From NCBI GenBank assembly GCA_965603825.1, contig CBFDEM010000002.1:496001-560000 (forward strand): 64,000 bases of DNA, written 5' to 3'. The position numbers were made by a program, and so were the translations under genes. This DNA is from Blepharisma stoltei ATCC 30299. Taxonomy: Eukaryota > Protista > Ciliophora. Numbering within the stretch: position 1 is the first letter of the stretch; every line of letters starts with the position of its first letter. Positions 10,861-23,041 of this stretch are shown here, piece after piece. The notes beneath the pieces were generated by a model. The model was given only the letters and a program-made list of their open reading frames with translations. It was not told the DNA's origin and searched no databases.

Positions 10861-13188
10861 ATGTCAAGATCTGAAAACATTCATGTCTCTCTCCGTTTTC
10901 GCCCTCTGAACACCCGTGAAATTGACGATTATGAATCAAGCATTTGAAATATTTCCAAAAATTCGGTCTCAATCAAGCCTGAGTATGCCCAAATTTTGCT
11001 TGAATCCAAACGCCTAACACGACCTCCAAAAGGTTATACTTATAACCATTGTTTTGCACCTAGAGACTCGAACCAATTTGTATATGATGCAATTGGGAAA
11101 CGAGTGGTGCTTGCATCATTGGAAGGCTACAACGGGACAATTTTTGCATATGGGCAAACAGGGAGTGGGAAAACTTTTACTATGATGGGAGCTGATGAGG
11201 ACGAAAATGAGGTAAATGAAGAAAGGAAAATACTGAACGCGACACCTTCTTTGAAGAAAGATAGGAGATCAGTTTCGCCGCTGTTTCGACCAAGCTCATC
11301 TTTTCAAAAAACAACTCCTGCACCTCCTGCGATCATCCCAGTTGGGATCAAAGATAAAGGGATTATTTCTTTAGCGCTGGATGACTTATTTGCAAATATA
11401 AAAAAATTTCCTGAAAAAACATATTTTTTGACTTGCAGCTATTTAGAAATTTATAATGAACAAGTTTTTGATTTGCTGTCAGAATCAGCGCAATTTAAAG
11501 GGGATATACTGAGTATCAACGAAGATCCGACCAAAGGATTTTACGTGAAAGGCTTAAGCGAGCATGTAATAAATTCAATAGAAGAAGTTAAAAGTTTTTT
11601 AGAAAAAGGTGAGTCAAATAGGAAATATGCAGCCACAGCTATGAACCATCATAGTTCTCGTTCACACACAATCTTTAGGCTAAACGTGACAAGTGTAACA
11701 GTTTTAGAAAACTTCGAAAATGATGAAAATGGTAACAGCATTACAACTGAAAGTGTATTAAATTTTGTCGACTTAGCAGGCTCCGAAAGAGTTAGCAACC
11801 TCCAGCAAGATGTTTCTTCAGATAATCTCAAGAAAAAAGCAAAAAATTCTCTTGACACTTTGGTTACTGAAGGGAAGCACATAAATACAAGCTTATTTTA
11901 CTTATGCCAAGTAATTCATAGGCTTTCGGAAAAAGATACAATAAAATCAGAAACGCACATTCCATACAGAAACTCAAATTTAACCAAAATCCTGAGATCT
12001 TCATTAGGTGGGAATTCTTTGACCTGCATCATCTGTACAGCAACACCTACTTTATCTCAATTTGAGATGACATTAAGCACTCTTCGCTTTGGAGGTATAG
12101 CTAAGACTATCACAAATAAAGTAGAAGCTAATGTGACTTCCAATAAAAATGCTGAGCTTCTTCAAGCTTACCAGCATGATATTGAGCAGCTTAAAAAAGA
12201 CCTTGAAATTGCTCAGCAAGGCGGAAAAGCAAAGATTGATGAAGCGATCCAAGCGAAAAAGCAGCTTGAAGAAAGGATTTCGAAGCTGATACAAATGCTC
12301 CTAAACCAGTCAAGAAATAACATACAAAAGCCAGTGAGTGGGATTTCTCAGCCATCTTCGCGTGATTTATGGTGTAAACAAGTTGGTGAATTGATCATTG
12401 ACTTTCGGTTAGAAAATCATGATTATCTTAACAAAATTAATGAAAGCGAAACAAATCAACTAAGATTTGACGATAAAGGCTCCATGGCAATGGAAAGAAT
12501 GAAATCTATGCATATCGAATTGAAAAATAAAGACACTCAAATTCAAGAACTAAAAGACTGCAAGCAAGCACTAATTGATTCAAAAGCAAATTTGAAAAAT
12601 GACTTGAAAAAAGCTTTAACATTGTGCAAAGAATTGTCAGATAAGAAGCAAGCTTATAAAGTCAAATGCAAAAAGCTACATAAGCATAATAAAAATTTGG
12701 AGCAGAGGCTGAATTTGATAGAAAAACAGATAGGACTAGAAAAGTTGTCATCAGAACAGCTACAACAATTAGAAGCATTTTTCTTCCATTCTTTAGATGC
12801 AGTCAAAAACGCAAGATTTAGAAAAAAATACGAAAATAAGCTTAGCTTGATTACTCATCAAGAGTCCACAATTGCAGAGTCCCCTGTCCATAGAGTAAAT
12901 GGCAGGCTGTTTTGCCACTTTGGAGGAGAAGATTTAACATCTTCAGGTAGCGACTCAGAGTCCTCTCTTGAATTTGAAACTTCTTTTTACAAAAATAAGA
13001 AGTTCGGTGAAAGGAGCTTTGCAGCGAGCTTTAACTCGCAAGATATCAGCGCCTTAATGCTTGGTAGTTTAATAGAAAACGACTATGAAGATTCCCCTAA
13101 AAAAGACTTGAGTAAAGTCGATGTAAATGTTGGGTTGAGGAAGGAGCCACTGTTAGAAATTCCACAAAATTCGGAAAAATGGTTGTAA
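10861..13188 (+). CDS. Kinesin motor protein, kinesin-7/CENP-E-like
   Basis: ENIHVSLRFRPL, GQTGSGKT, SSRSH, DLAGSE, HIPYR. True start at 10861, read through one TGA. Confidence 0.93.
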
Positions 13189-13233
13189 TTATTTTAAAAT
13201 TTAGTAATTTTAAACTCTAGATAGTTCGTTTTA

Positions 13234-14139
13234 TTATAAATCTTTGATTTCTTTTGTTGTTTTATCTTTTAAATTAAATTCTACCAATTTTTGTCTAGCT
13301 TGGATGAAATAGACTTTATCTTTATATCTCACTGAGTGAGAAAAACCAGAGTAATTATTCAAATCATTCGTCCCAATGATTTCTCAATTTGAGAGGTCGC
13401 TGCTTCTGTTTGTATAAGTATTTCCACGGACTTCAATGATATAAACTGAGCATCTAACTGTAAAAATATTTTTGAAGATATGCCCATTCAGAGTGAGATT
13501 TTTGATAGAATCAAGTGATTCATTATTAATATCATATTTCATAAGTTTAGTAAAGTAGTAACCAGTAATTAAAATATTGTCCGTAATTAGCGCACAAGTA
13601 GTCTGCAGCATAGATATTGCATTTAACGGCGCACATTCTTCTCATGTATTTAGCGTAAGATTGTATTTCACAGATAATGAAGACTCATGTCCTCCTATAG
13701 CATAAATATAGTTCTTATAATAAGTAAGACTAATCCTTCCAGCTGGCGGCCCTGAAGGCAGTTGCATTATATTTTTATTTTTGCTAATAAGAAAAGCTTC
13801 ACCTATATATTCTGTTCCTGTTCATCCTCCATAGAAAAATGTTGATTGATTGCAGGGTATATAGACAGATCCGAAAGAAAAAAGTTTGTGTGATAAATCA
13901 TAGTGCTTGGTAGTAAGCAGAGAATCCAGATTTAAAGTAAGGACTTCACAAGTGCTTCCTTTTATAAATACCAGCTCATTAAATTTCCTGCGGTTTGCCT
14001 CCGTTTCAGATACTAATTTTAAACGCTTACAAGTAGCTCCTAGCAAAGATATTTCGTCTTGGTCTAAAAACTCTAAAATAATATTCAGTAAGTTGGATGA
14101 TAATCCGTCTAAGTTTATCTCTCGCTTTTTTGTCTCCAT
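13234..14139 (-). CDS. F-box / Kelch-repeat protein
   Basis: N-terminal LDGLSSNLLNIILEFLD (F-box); FFYGG-W and IYAIGG..YNLTLNT-W-EECAPL (Kelch). Three TGA-Trp, TAA at 13234. Confidence 0.82.
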
Positions 14140-14674
14140 CTAAAGTAATTTATATTTATTTTTATCATAGAGTTATATTTTTTATATCTCTGAAATAAAG
14201 CAAATTTCACTAATTAAACTCTGTGGAATAAAAGTCTGCTGAGCGAGTTTATCTGCTAGCAACCAAATCATATTTTAGGTTTTAAAGAAAATACAGCAAA
14301 GAAGGTTCCATTTATACGATAACAAAATGGCTTTTGCTGATGTAAACAGTATATACAAGTTTTAAGTCCTCCGAATGAACTAATATTTGGCCAATTAATT
14401 TCAGTTTTAGAGGCTAAAATAATTAAAATTTGGCGGATAAAATACAAATTTAGCATATATTTATTAATCCTTTTTTATAATTATTTTGGTAAATACATAA
14501 ATTTCTATATATTTTTATAATTTAATTGATGACATATTAAATAAAGGTTCCTAAAATCTCTTCATTAATTCCTAAAATTTATAAATTCAATAAATTTAAT
14601 TTTTATGAGCTAATCTGCTCTTTGGATTTTAGATTTTTTATTTCAGTAATTCGAATTTCTGATTGTTGATATAA

Positions 14675-16039
14675 ATGGAACAAACAACTTCACCAACAGC
14701 GTGGTACAATCCTAAAATTCACGTAGAGCGGCTCTGCAGGTGGCATTTACACATGCAGAGCACTTTTGGAAACACAACTCTCATAGTTTTATTCTTGGTA
14801 TACTTCGCCCAAGGCTTGCGAAACTTTATTACTCTGGCAATCACCCTTTTTTACAAAGACATTCTCGAGCTTCCTCCTGATGCGACGCAGTTTTTGAAAT
14901 CCCTAATATGGATAGCTTGGTACATTAAGCCAATTTTTGGATTATTGAGTGATAATATTCCAATCTTTGGCTATCACAGAAAGAGCTATTTGTTTTTATC
15001 TGGGATCATGGGAATAGTCGCTTATATAGGAATGCTCTTTATTGAGACAGAACTTGAGTCAGTGATTCTCCTGATGATCAGTGAAGTAGGACAATGCATA
15101 GCAGACATAATTGCCGACGCAATCATGGTTGAAGCCTCAAGAAAAGACCTAGAAGTTGGCTCAGGGAGATTGCAGAGCTATTGTTGGTTTTCTTTCGCTT
15201 TGGGCGGCTTAATTGGAGGTACATTAGGAGGTATGGCTCTGGACTACATGTCTCCTCAACATGTATTGGCTTGCCTTGTAGTGTGTCCTATGATTTTGCT
15301 TGTAGTCTCGATCTGTATTAAAGAAAATAATGATAAAACTCATCTCTCCTGGGCTACAATTCTAGAAAAACTTAGAAAAGTTGGCAAAGCTTTCACAGAC
15401 TCTGCCATCCTTAAAGCCTTGCTAGTAATTTTCATTGCAAGAAGCTGTTCTCCGTCTTTTTCTGAGTTAATGTCTTATTTTATGAGGGACGAGTTAAAGT
15501 TCTCAGCGACTTTTATGAGCTTTTTAACGACCCTAAGCTATTTTATGCTAGCGTTAGGAAGCATTTTATATGGGAAATTCATAGTGAATTGGGAGTTTTC
15601 TTCAGCACTTGGGGTGGGACAGATCCTATTGACTTTTCTAGGAGGAGTCGATATTTTGTTGGTTACTAAATCATACAAAAATATTGGAGCCAGTCCTTAT
15701 TACTTTGTGCTTGGAGGAGATGCATTCGGAAGTGTTATAGAATACACATTTAGGAAATTACCCATGTTGGTATTAGGTGGACAATTATGCCCTCTAGGGA
15801 TTGAAGCCACTTTATTTTCTCTTTTTGCGTCTGCGAGTAACTTTGGTGTGTCTGTAGCGTCAACTGAAGGAGCGTTTATTATGAAGATGACTGGGATCAA
15901 TAGCTCAAGCAACAAAAATATATGAATTCTATTTGCGATAGCTGCGCTATCACATTTATTGCTATTTCCATTTTTAAGGCTATTGCCCAAAAAGGGAAAA
16001 GCAGATGAACAAAATGACTTAAAAGAGCCACTAATTTAG
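14675..16039 (+). CDS. Folate/biopterin transporter (BT1/FBT, MFS)
   Basis: WYIKPIFGLLSDNIPIFGYHRKSY, LQSYCW, CPLGIEATLFSL. TGA=Trp at 15923, TAG at 16037. Confidence 0.92.
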
Positions 16040-16224
16040 TAAATAATTTTATGTTTAATAATCAATTGCTTTTAATAAATTTCTTATCTTTTTTTAAAAT
16101 TAAGGTTATTTTATTTCGTTAAATTTGGCTTAAAATGAGCATTAATTTTAGCACTGAATGTATTCGGTACGATATATCAAAAATATAAAATGAAATAAAA
16201 GTATAAGAATTAATCATATATAAA

Positions 16225-16668
16225 ATGGAATATTCAGTATCTTGGATTTCAATCTCAAGGATTATCGGATATCAATCACGAAAGCTTAAAGAAGAACTCA
16301 AAATTGAGCAAAAGCTTTTGATCTCATCAGAAAAATTGTTAGCTTCAATCAATAATCAACTTCAATCCCTTCAATTAAGTAGCAATCCAGACCCATCAGA
16401 GATTTCGATAATTCAAACACGCATGATTGCTTTATATAGCGTTTTGAATATAAAAAGTCGAATGGTTTTATCAGAATCCTTAAATAATTGCTATAAGGGA
16501 CTACAAAGATCTTTGCATAAGAAAGACACAAAAATTTATGAAGCTTGCAATAGAATTATTGAACTTACTCAATCTGAAAATGAAGGCTCAATAAGGCCAA
16601 AAGAAATGAAAAAAATTTTGAAGATTAAGCAGCTAGCGAGTGAGATATTATGTAACAAGAGACTTTAA
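16225..16668 (+). CDS. Hypothetical coiled-coil protein
   Basis: 147-aa ATG..TAA ORF. Confidence 0.65.
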   Translation: MEYSVSWISISRIIGYQSRKLKEELKIEQKLLISSEKLLASINNQLQSLQLSSNPDPSEISIIQTRMIALYSVLNIKSRMVLSESLNNCYKGLQRSLHKKDTKIYEACNRIIELTQSENEGSIRPKEMKKILKIKQLASEILCNKRL

Positions 16669-16962
16669 TAAAGTAAATTATCTATTAAAAACTAGGCGTT
16701 ATTATAATCCAAAGATGGAAATTTTTATTGCATTTTTATTTAATTTAAGATTTGTAACTTCTTATTTCCATAATTTTTTTTAGGTTAAATTATAAGAATA
16801 TAAAATTGTTTATTGATTTCAAGTAAATGAAAAATAAAGTGTATGTCGTTTTGATAAAGTTTTAGCTTGTCTTTAAACATTTCATTTTACTTACACAAAT
16901 AGAGAAATCAAAATATTTTTAAACAGTATTTAAGACTTAGTAAACAGAGACTTTAATCTAAG

Positions 16963-18675
16963 TTAATTAGTGTTTCCTTCAATCTTTTGCTTTTTATGTA
17001 TGAGTCGTTTATATTGTCTCCAAAGTGGTATTTTCCCTTTGATTGCTCCACCAAATAGAGCAGCCTCCCTCACTGAAAACATCAAGAGTCCAGTAAGTGC
17101 GCAGAAATCAGTGAAATACTGAGGATTTAGCGTCGATTCACGTCCTCCTATGATTTCTTCTAATTTATCGATATTTTCATCAGAAAAATCAAATTCCGTT
17201 ACTTTTTCATTGAAAATCTTATCGACAGTTTTCTTATTTTTTTCCTTATTTCTAGAATCAATAAGGAACTTCCTGCACTCATCCCATGCTTTGCTGTCAT
17301 CTTCAGGCAAGCTCTGACCAAGCAATTGGAAGAAAATCCTCCAAGCCCAAACTACATCTGACCTTGGATAGCGATCGAGGTAGAATTTGTCGTCATCCAT
17401 TGTAGTTAATAGAGAAAGGGCACTTTTAGCTCCTACAGAAAGCTCAAATGGCTTTCCAGTTGTTAGCTCATCAATAGAGTGATTCTCCGTCAACGATGCA
17501 ATAAGCTTATCAATTTCTTCGAGTGATAAAGTTGAAGTTGTAGGCTTGGCTACTGGACTGGATTCTTTTGATTCTTCTGTTGATGTTGATTCTTTATTTT
17601 CTTCTGGAGCTGAGTCTTGGTTGTTTTCTTGCGGTAGATCATTATTTTCAATAAGTAAATCTTCCGCATTTGCTGGCTCAATTGGAGAGCCTCCAGCATC
17701 TGAAACATTGTCGACATTTGGAATTTTATCTTCAGAATTTTCTTCAGGTTGGCTTGAAGGCTCAGCATTTTCTGGGTCTTCATGCTTTTCTTCTTCTGTT
17801 GTTTCTGGCTCATTTTTTCCCTCTTCATGGCTTTCTGTTTTAGTTTTCTCTTCTTCGCCTTTCTTTTTCTTCTCTTCTCCAGCCTTCTTTTTATGTTCTT
17901 CTGTTTTTTTCTTTCCTTCTTCGCCTTTTTTCTTGCTTTCTTCAACTTTCTTCTTACTTTCTTCTTTTTTCTTTCCTTCTTCTTTCTTTTTATCTTCAGT
18001 ACCCTTTTTCTTTGCTTCCTCAGCTTTTTTCTTTTCCTCGCCTGCCTTTTTCTTGCTTTCTTCTTCTAGTTTTTTATTTTTAGCTTCCTCAGCTTTTTTG
18101 GCTTTTGCTTCTTCAGCTTTTTGTTTTTTCTCAGCTTCTTCTTGTTTCTTCTTTTCTTTTTCTTCCTCAGCTTTTTTCTTTGCCTCTTCTTTCTTCTTAT
18201 TCTCTTCATCTTTCTTTTTCTTAGCTTCCTCTGCTTTTAATTTCTTTTCATCCTCAGCCTTTTTCTTAGCTTCTTCCTTTTTCTTATTCTCCTCCTCTTT
18301 TTTCTTTTTCGCTTCTTCTGCTTTTTTATTTTTCTCTTCATCAGCTTTTTTCTTAGCTTCTTCTTTCTTTAGTTTTTCCTCTTCCGCCTTCTTATTTTTT
18401 GGGTCAGCAGTGCCAGGTTTATCAAATCCTGGCTTTCTGCTTGGATTAACACGAGCAGTTTGAGGCCTTTTAGGCTCTTCATTGGAACTGGTTTCAACAT
18501 CTATTGATAGTTTAGGTTTTCCTTTTGGATGAGTTTGAATATGTTGGGAGAGGGATTCAACAACTTGGATTAGTTCTTGGATTTGCTCATGGTGAGAGTG
18601 AAAGCCACTATAGAGGTTTTCAAGGCGAGGAGAGAGCATCTCTTCTACTTCGACAAGCACACGATCCCAATCCAT
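16963..18675 (-). CDS. Hypothetical protein with K/E-rich charged helical repeat
   Basis: 570-aa ORF with central EEAKKK repeats and a globular C-terminus. Confidence 0.85.
   Translation of the reverse strand: MDWDRVLVEVEEMLSPRLENLYSGFHSHHEQIQELIQVVESLSQHIQTHPKGKPKLSIDVETSSNEEPKRPQTARVNPSRKPGFDKPGTADPKNKKAEEEKLKKEEAKKKADEEKNKKAEEAKKKKEEENKKKEEAKKKAEDEKKLKAEEAKKKKDEENKKKEEAKKKAEEEKEKKKQEEAEKKQKAEEAKAKKAEEAKNKKLEEESKKKAGEEKKKAEEAKKKGTEDKKKEEGKKKEESKKKVEESKKKGEEGKKKTEEHKKKAGEEKKKKGEEEKTKTESHEEGKNEPETTEEEKHEDPENAEPSSQPEENSEDKIPNVDNVSDAGGSPIEPANAEDLLIENNDLPQENNQDSAPEENKESTSTEESKESSPVAKPTTSTLSLEEIDKLIASLTENHSIDELTTGKPFELSVGAKSALSLLTTMDDDKFYLDRYPRSDVVWAWRIFFQLLGQSLPEDDSKAWDECRKFLIDSRNKEKNKKTVDKIFNEKVTEFDFSDENIDKLEEIIGGRESTLNPQYFTDFCALTGLLMFSVREAALFGGAIKGKIPLWRQYKRLIHKKQKIEGNTN
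17860..18395 (-). repeat. Coding tandem repeats (EEAKKK-type, ~29-aa higher-order unit)
   Basis: KAEEAKKKK(E/D)[14 protein letters not shown] occurs twice, with degenerate copies on either side. Confidence 0.8.
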
Positions 18676-19433
18676 TATTATTATCCAATAAAAGAATTTA
18701 ATAAAATATGCTTTGGCTGGAGATATTAAGGTGGAAAAAAGCCGGTTGATTATGAAATCATTAAATTATAGCCAATTTGCCCAATTTATAGAAATTGTAA
18801 TGGACTGGCATTAAAAGTAAGAATTAATTCTTAAATTATATGGCTTATTTAAATCTATTGGTTTTATTTTAAATAATATATCTACATTTACGATTAATTA
18901 CGGCTTAACAACAAACTTTTTTTGCCTAAATTCTGCTAGCCTATAATGCTGAAGCTATAATTGATAATAAAAAAGAGGCATTTGGTGATTTTAAATAGTG
19001 AAACATCAAAGAGAATAGTAAAAATGGCTATAATCTTTGATTAGTAATCAAAAAAGATCTATCATTCTTATCTAAGAATTAATCAATTTATATCATTTAA
19101 ATAATTAATTGCGAAATGGTCATTTATGATGTGATATTTTTATAAACATAAACTGATAGCACGATTATAACTTTAAGATGTTACATGAAAAGCTTTGCTT
19201 AATGCATACTGACATGAAATTGAAGAGTTTATGCTTTTTCATCTAATATAAATTATATTAATCTTAACTGGCATATATCGCAATTTAAGTTATTATAATT
19301 TAATAAATATACCAACAACGTTTTAACCTTTAAAAGATGAGATTCAGAAATTTTTAAGATCTCGCTTGGTAATAAGCAAATAACTTACTTCTTGTCTTAA
19401 ATTTTAACGACAGCTTTATATTTTAAACACAAA

Positions 19434-20630
19434 ATGTCACAAATTACAGACAGGCTTCGATCTCAGAACGGGAAGCTCCGCGAAGAAATAAAAAAACTCC
19501 AATATGCTCTTAAAGAGATAAATAATGACGTCCCAATCTCATCTTTCTCCCAAAAGGAGCCAAAAATACATTCACAAAATTTCAAAAATCAAAATCGTTA
19601 TTACATGAAGCAAGGCTTAGATGGAAAAATTCAAAAAGAAGTAGCTTTACGAGAGTATCCTAGAGTTATCGAAGTTTCAATAAAAAAGAAAGATACAGGC
19701 TGCGATCCGATTTATTTCGAATCCAATTCGAAGTCTGAAAGCTTGCTAGATTCCTCTAAACAGTCAAATCCCTTTGACACTAAAAAAACGATAAACAGCT
19801 CCCATATAGACAGTCTATTCACAAGCACCTTACAAAATGATTCTGAAGACTATATCCGAGATAACTTTGAAAGTCCTGAATTTTCAAAGAAATTCAAAAA
19901 TAAAAATCCAGAAAGGGCACTTAAAGATTCTTTTGACTCTTATTATGAGTCAGAACAAGAAAATCTTGATAAATCAGGAAAATGCGAATTAAGCTTCCAT
20001 GATTATGAAAAAGACCATGAAAGAGGTTCGAGAAGAAAGGAAAGAAATTTGCTGCAAGAAATCGAGAGTTTGAGAGATGAAAATAAAAAGTTGAGGACAG
20101 TGCTTAAAACTAGTTTCAGCAGTAATGCTGATAAAGAAAATAGAGATACAAAAGTGAAAAAACTTGATAAAAGCGAAGAAATTGTGGTCATAGAAAACAA
20201 TAATTGCATAGAAAGTGCTAAAAAGAGAAATGGAGTAAAAATTAAGGCAAAAACTCCAATAAAGCAAGCAAAAATTACGAAATCAACTACACCTAGAAGC
20301 AAAACAGTAGCAAAAGTAGTTAAGAAAAGCCAAGAAAAATCCAAAACTCCACGAAAAGTATTAACACATAGATCATCAACCCCACGAAAAGTTTTAACAA
20401 ATAGGTCATCGACTCCTCAGAACTTCAGCCAATCTACAACTCCAAAAAGATCCCAAAAACATTCGCAAAGTTCTATATCTTTATCTCAAAGAGCTGAGAG
20501 ATCACTAACGCCATCTCGTTCTCATCATTGCCAAAAATGTGACAGCCTTCTTACAAGAGGCAGATCGACATTTAGCTGTAAAAAACATGGAAGTTGCATA
20601 TCTAAAAGTTCAAGCTCTAAAAACCTGTAA
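19434..20630 (+). CDS. Hypothetical Ser/Lys-rich protein with C-terminal Cys/His motif
   Basis: 398-aa ORF; tandem TPRKVLTxRSS; C-terminal CQKC...CKKH. Confidence 0.8.
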   Translation: MSQITDRLRSQNGKLREEIKKLQYALKEINNDVPISSFSQKEPKIHSQNFKNQNRYYMKQGLDGKIQKEVALREYPRVIEVSIKKKDTGCDPIYFESNSKSESLLDSSKQSNPFDTKKTINSSHIDSLFTSTLQNDSEDYIRDNFESPEFSKKFKNKNPERALKDSFDSYYESEQENLDKSGKCELSFHDYEKDHERGSRRKERNLLQEIESLRDENKKLRTVLKTSFSSNADKENRDTKVKKLDKSEEIVVIENNNCIESAKKRNGVKIKAKTPIKQAKITKSTTPRSKTVAKVVKKSQEKSKTPRKVLTHRSSTPRKVLTNRSSTPQNFSQSTTPKRSQKHSQSSISLSQRAERSLTPSRSHHCQKCDSLLTRGRSTFSCKKHGSCISKSSSSKNL

Positions 20631-20647
20631 GTTATAAATATTGTTTA

Positions 20648-21568
20648 TTAAAGTTTAGGACGTGCTTTTTCCGCTTCAATAATTCCCATAACTTTTTGCA
20701 ACGTATCCGTATGAGCTTGTGGGTAATCCACGTTTCCAGTATAATTATTAGCTTCAGCCCATCTTCTTTTGATATCTTCAGCTCTGATATTTTCACCTCC
20801 ATAAAGTCCAGGGCTTCTTTGCCATCTCATTGTAGCGATAAATCCTCCAGCGACCTCATAAAGGTTTCCAGTCTGTTGGCAGCTTTCATGGCACAAATAA
20901 ACTACTAAAGGAACAACTCTTTCTGGGGTCAATAATCTCAATAAATCAGGAGTCAAAATATCTTCAGTCATTCTTGATGCTGCATTCGGGACTATGGTGT
21001 TAACTCTGATATTATTTTTTTCACCTTCTTTAGCTAAAGTAAGTGTAAATCCATGTAGCCCGTATTTCGCGGTTGAATAGTTGGCTTGACCGAAATTTCC
21101 ATAAATTCCGCTTCCGCTAGAAGTGTTGATGATTCTTCCGAATTTTTGTTCACGCATCTTCAGCCAGGCTGCTTTGGTTAGGGAAAAAGCACCGCCCAAG
21201 TGGACTCTCATGATTAAGTCCCAGTCGTTGTCAGTCATTTTGCCAAAGCTGACGTCTCTGAGGATTCCAGCATTGTTGATTATAACATCAATTCTTCCAA
21301 ATGCGTCGATTGCGGCTTTAACGATTTTTTCTCCGAACTCTACGGAGTCATAATTGGCTACAGCAGTTCCTCCGAGTTTTCTGATTTCGTCAACAACATT
21401 ATCAGCTACTCTTGCTGAAGAGCCTTCACCTACACGTGAGACACCTAAGTCATTGACTACAATTTTACCTCCTCTTCTAGCGAACTCAAGCGCATAGGCT
21501 CTGCCAAGACCGGAGCCAGCACCTGTCACAATGATGACTCTGTTATCGAATCGAAGAGTGTCTGCCAT
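20648..21568 (-). CDS. Peroxisomal MFE-2/HSD17B4-type 3-hydroxyacyl-CoA dehydrogenase (SDR domain only)
   Basis: LRFDNRVIIVTGAGSGLG, NNAGILRD, GNFGQANYSTAK. C-terminal PKL resembles a PTS1 signal. Confidence 0.92.
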   Translation of the reverse strand: MADTLRFDNRVIIVTGAGSGLGRAYALEFARRGGKIVVNDLGVSRVGEGSSARVADNVVDEIRKLGGTAVANYDSVEFGEKIVKAAIDAFGRIDVIINNAGILRDVSFGKMTDNDWDLIMRVHLGGAFSLTKAAWLKMREQKFGRIINTSSGSGIYGNFGQANYSTAKYGLHGFTLTLAKEGEKNNIRVNTIVPNAASRMTEDILTPDLLRLLTPERVVPLVVYLCHESCQQTGNLYEVAGGFIATMRWQRSPGLYGGENIRAEDIKRRWAEANNYTGNVDYPQAHTDTLQKVMGIIEAEKARPKL

Positions 21569-21648
21569 TATTATAACTTAATCTAAGAATTTTAAGTGAC
21601 GACATAACTTTTGCCAATATAAAAACTCCTTCACAAAAATATTTATAG

Positions 21649-22956
21649 TTAACAATTATTCATCCCTTGTATTACAGATACAAATGAGAGGGTCTCCGAT
21701 TCCATTGTAAACCTATTCACCAATACAACCTGCTGCCTTGAAGTGAACTTTGGTATTGTTATGCAATGAACTCCTTCCTCAGTAACTAATTTCTGATAAT
21801 TTGGCATCCCTCCAACTACATACAAATTAGGCAAATCCTCTACAATAAAAGGATCATCATCTTGCATGGGGATACATCCTAAGGCATCTGGGGCGTTAGG
21901 TGCTAAATGCCTTCATTTCATAGTTAGCTCCAGTATCTTTATAGGGTCTTGCGTATCAATGAACTGCATTATTGCATTAATATTCTGCCCTGAAGTGCAA
22001 AGTATATGGATCCCATCTATTTTGCATTCATAAGGATTAGGGAAGCTTCTTAATGCAGAATATCTTGATGCCAAAGGAAATAAATAAGGGTTTAAAGGCT
22101 GCTGAGGCATTGAGGAATTCGACGGATCCATTTCTCCAGGAATCAAATCAACAGGAAGTATCCCTGCAAGCTCAGCGAGAAAAGTGTCAAAAAACTCTAG
22201 TGATTTTGATATAGAAGGTACTATATCTGCACTTATGTCACTGTAGGCTTTTTGCTCGAAAGAATTTTCTTTATCGGCTTTATACAATGAATTTCCCAGG
22301 ATCACAAATCTTACGATGTTTTTTGCAACTTCTGCGGAATCGTTTCCAAGGTTTCCTTGGAGAAAATTTGATAATAAATTTAGGAGAATTGGGTCCAATG
22401 AAGGATTTCCTATTTCAATTCCTGAAATAAAGCAAATAAATTCATCGCCTTTGCGCAATAAAGGTCTTGGTGGGTCTGCAGAGGGGTAAAATATTTCGAT
22501 AACTTCTAAAACAGAATTTTCTCTCATTACTCCTCTTACAGCTACAACTAAACCAGTTATTAAATTTTCCCAGTCAAAATATTGCTTTAGATCAAGTCTG
22601 ACCCTTCCTGACTCGTCTTCCAGATATATAAAATCTTCTTCTTTCCGTCTATTATAAAAAGTTGACTGCTTTCTATCAGCTAAAATCCCTATTTTCGATA
22701 TATATTTTTCTACTATAGAGCTTCTGTCTGCGTAGGTACAAACAATAATTCCTGCAATTAAACAGCTTTGATTGACTTTGACTTCCATTATTTCTGAGAG
22801 AGAAAAATACCCAGACTCGTCAGCAGAAATACAGCGATATTTGAGAGACTTTAGCCTTGCACAGTATAAAGAGTGATATTGGGAGGTAAAATCGAGCTTT
22901 GCTATGAATTGTTGGCCGATGAAGGAATGCTGGTAAGTAATCTTTCGCTCGATCAT
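21649..22956 (-). CDS. POLD2: DNA polymerase delta subunit 2
   Basis: QYHSLYCARL, LEDESGRVRL, PGEMDPSNSSMPQQPL, SGQNI, and W(TGA)RHLAPNAPD. Confidence 0.93.
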
Positions 22957-23041
22957 TATTTGTATAAGGGGGATCTGAGGGTCTTATGAAATTTTTTAAT
23001 AAAATTTAATTCGGTTTTATATAACATTAAGTTTACAAGAA

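Noticed and set aside
17546-18463. 305-aa Ser/Phe-rich + strand ORF and other overlapping ORFs here
   Set aside because: Antisense or off-frame shadows of the K/E repeat in the minus-strand gene.
18680-19430. Long AT-rich spacers (also 41730-42440 and 52960-53590) as retained IESs or transposons
   Set aside because: No terminal inverted repeats, transposase remnants or interrupted ORFs were visible, and TA boundaries are uninformative at this AT content.
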